Notes under the pieces: generated by a model | What the model was told of the DNA's origin: nothing | Seen by the model: the letters and a program-made list of their open reading frames with translations, nothing else | Databases searched by the model: none | Assembly (NCBI GenBank): GCA_030295235.1 | Contig: AP026136.1 | Coordinates: 62,001 to 126,000 of the forward strand | Reading direction: 5' to 3' | Length of the DNA: 64,000 nt | Source of the DNA: Fistulifera solaris | Lineage: Eukaryota | Shown: piece by piece, positions 62,507-64,000 of the stretch | How positions within the stretch are numbered: position 1 is the first letter of the stretch | Layout of the letters: every line of letters begins with the position of its first letter | Position numbers and translations under genes: made by a program

Positions 62507-62980
62507 TTTCTCTTTTTTGTTGCAATCAGGTAGATAGAAAGACACTATGAGGTTCTTATTGATTTGAAAGAAGATAGAAACTGTTCTTCTGCTTGTAGTC
62601 GAAGGAAGACCTCCCGATTTTTTGGATGTGGGAGAAAAACGATGCGCTGCGAGATAAACGATCGTCCTTCGTCCGAGAACTTCAGAAGGCTTAACTAAAA
62701 AACAAGGTTGGAAACAAAGGAGATCAAAGACCTAAGTATTTACAATCATTATACTTCTCAAAGTGGACGGAAATGTTAACACCCAGCGCCCAGCGCATCG
62801 CGCTGCACCGCAGTTTTCTTTTTGTTGCTATCGAAAACGTCTCGATATTTTCAAGCATTCATATTATTGTTGTCGTGGTGCGAATTGGCCTCTTTTTGCT
62901 TGGAGAGGTCTTACCATGAAACACTCCTCTGAACCTATAGATTCAATTTGTTTAGAAAAGGACTTGACTGATTAGGGACG

Positions 62981-64000
62981 ATGGAGAACAATTTGACTCA
63001 CAACAATCGCAGTGCGTTCTCGCGTGTTGCCGCACCAACCGGTCCATCCTCAACCAACACGAATGCAAAACCACCCTCTCAGGTCACTTTTGAAGGAGAT
63101 CTTTCGGAACAGACAATGGAATCTCGTACGACGTCCTTCCCTTCATCGCCCAGTCGAGGACTCGCGTCTTCGGAAGAAGACAGCGTTGCCGAAATGGACT
63201 ATATGAGCGAAAGTTCGAATGTATCCATCAAAGAAACGGACGTGTCCACGGACGAATACAGTCACAAAAATATCGTACCGCCGAATCGACCCGACGATGG
63301 AGCGTTGCCTGCCGAAGACTCGTTGTTTCGTGTCCCTTCCGCGCGTCAAGTGAAATGGACACCTACCCATGTCGTCAGCAATACCAGCTTGGAAGACGAT
63401 CATCGTCCCCTCTGTCTACCGCGCTTTCGGGATACTCAGACGTGTATTTGGACGGCCTCGCATGCGGCGAATGCCCCCACGGAAGATCGGAGCGCGTATT
63501 TGGTCAACTTGTTGTTGCAACCGCTCCCACCCAATTTTGATTCCGAGACGCAATTACTGCCGTTGGAGCCGGATTATAAGACATTGATTCGACTTAATTT
63601 GTGGTGTGTTGTCGATGGTCATGGGGGTGGCTGTGTGGCGACGTACGCGTCCGAAGTTCTGTTGCCACACATTGCGGCTTCGGTCTCGCGGGCTTTGGGA
63701 TGCGCGATTATTGACCGGGGTGTGTGCGTCGTGAATGGAGAGTTGCGCGATGCGAATGCTCTGGATTTGGATGGGCTCATCACGACATCGGATCGGAGTG
63801 TCTTTAATCCCAATTCAATTCATTATCGGTCTCCTTTTGAACGATCCGATTCGGAGTTGAACGGCGAGGCGGAGCAGAATCTGTCGGAAGTAGACGGTTC
63901 CGTGGAAGCGAGAACGACGGCCTCTATGGCAGACTCCACCGGAAAAGAATCGCAAGATAGTATGACGGCTCCCGCTTCGGTCGATACACCTACAAGGGTG
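62981..64000 (+). CDS. PP2C/PPM-family phosphatase, 3'-truncated by the window edge
   Basis: Continuous frame from ATG 62981 (absent from the ORF track because it has no stop in the window) containing AANAPTEDR and LWCVVDGHGG. Confidence 0.8.
   Translation, partial: MENNLTHNNRSAFSRVAAPTGPSSTNTNAKPPSQVTFEGDLSEQTMESRTTSFPSSPSRGLASSEEDSVAEMDYMSESSNVSIKETDVSTDEYSHKNIVPPNRPDDGALPAEDSLFRVPSARQVKWTPTHVVSNTSLEDDHRPLCLPRFRDTQTCIWTASHAANAPTEDRSAYLVNLLLQPLPPNFDSETQLLPLEPDYKTLIRLNLWCVVDGHGGGCVATYASEVLLPHIAASVSRALGCAIIDRGVCVVNGELRDANALDLDGLITTSDRSVFNPNSIHYRSPFERSDSELNGEAEQNLSEVDGSVEARTTASMADSTGKESQDSMTAPASVDTPTRV

Overview
Gene-dense eukaryotic nuclear DNA, inferred to be from a diatom (probably a raphid pennate). 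The evidence is short GT-AG introns, signal peptides followed by 'AF'-type plastid transit peptides, a DUF6824-type gene and diatom-type cyclins. About 30 protein genes and one intron-containing tRNA-Pro(AGG) are supported. Recognisable products: 2OG-Fe(II) oxygenase, SWEET, AMBRA1-like WD40, KH protein, PPR-Smr, an ArsJ-type MFS exporter, Dre2/anamorsin, a secreted acetamidase/formamidase, SET/LSMT, DUF819, a Pol I-type 5'-3' exonuclease, GGTase-I beta, a NIF/FCP1 phosphatase-like protein, ZIP, a PsaR-like protein, three tandem cyclophilin-like genes, NEMF/Rqc2, EXS, two cyclins and PP2C. Many genes carry single-base indels in homopolymer runs, most likely assembly errors. The most notable observations are: (1) a eukaryotic ArsJ with a Cys-rich insert; (2) a 265-bp MITE with 12-bp TIRs, an 8-bp TSD and an empty-site paralog nearby; (3) two inverted 34-bp minisatellite arrays bracketing two genes; (4) two recurrent palindromic upstream motifs; (5) a Pol I thumb-like fragment placed N-terminal to a 5'-nuclease domain; (6) an atypical kinase-like protein. 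All family calls come from my recognition of motifs; no searches were run.
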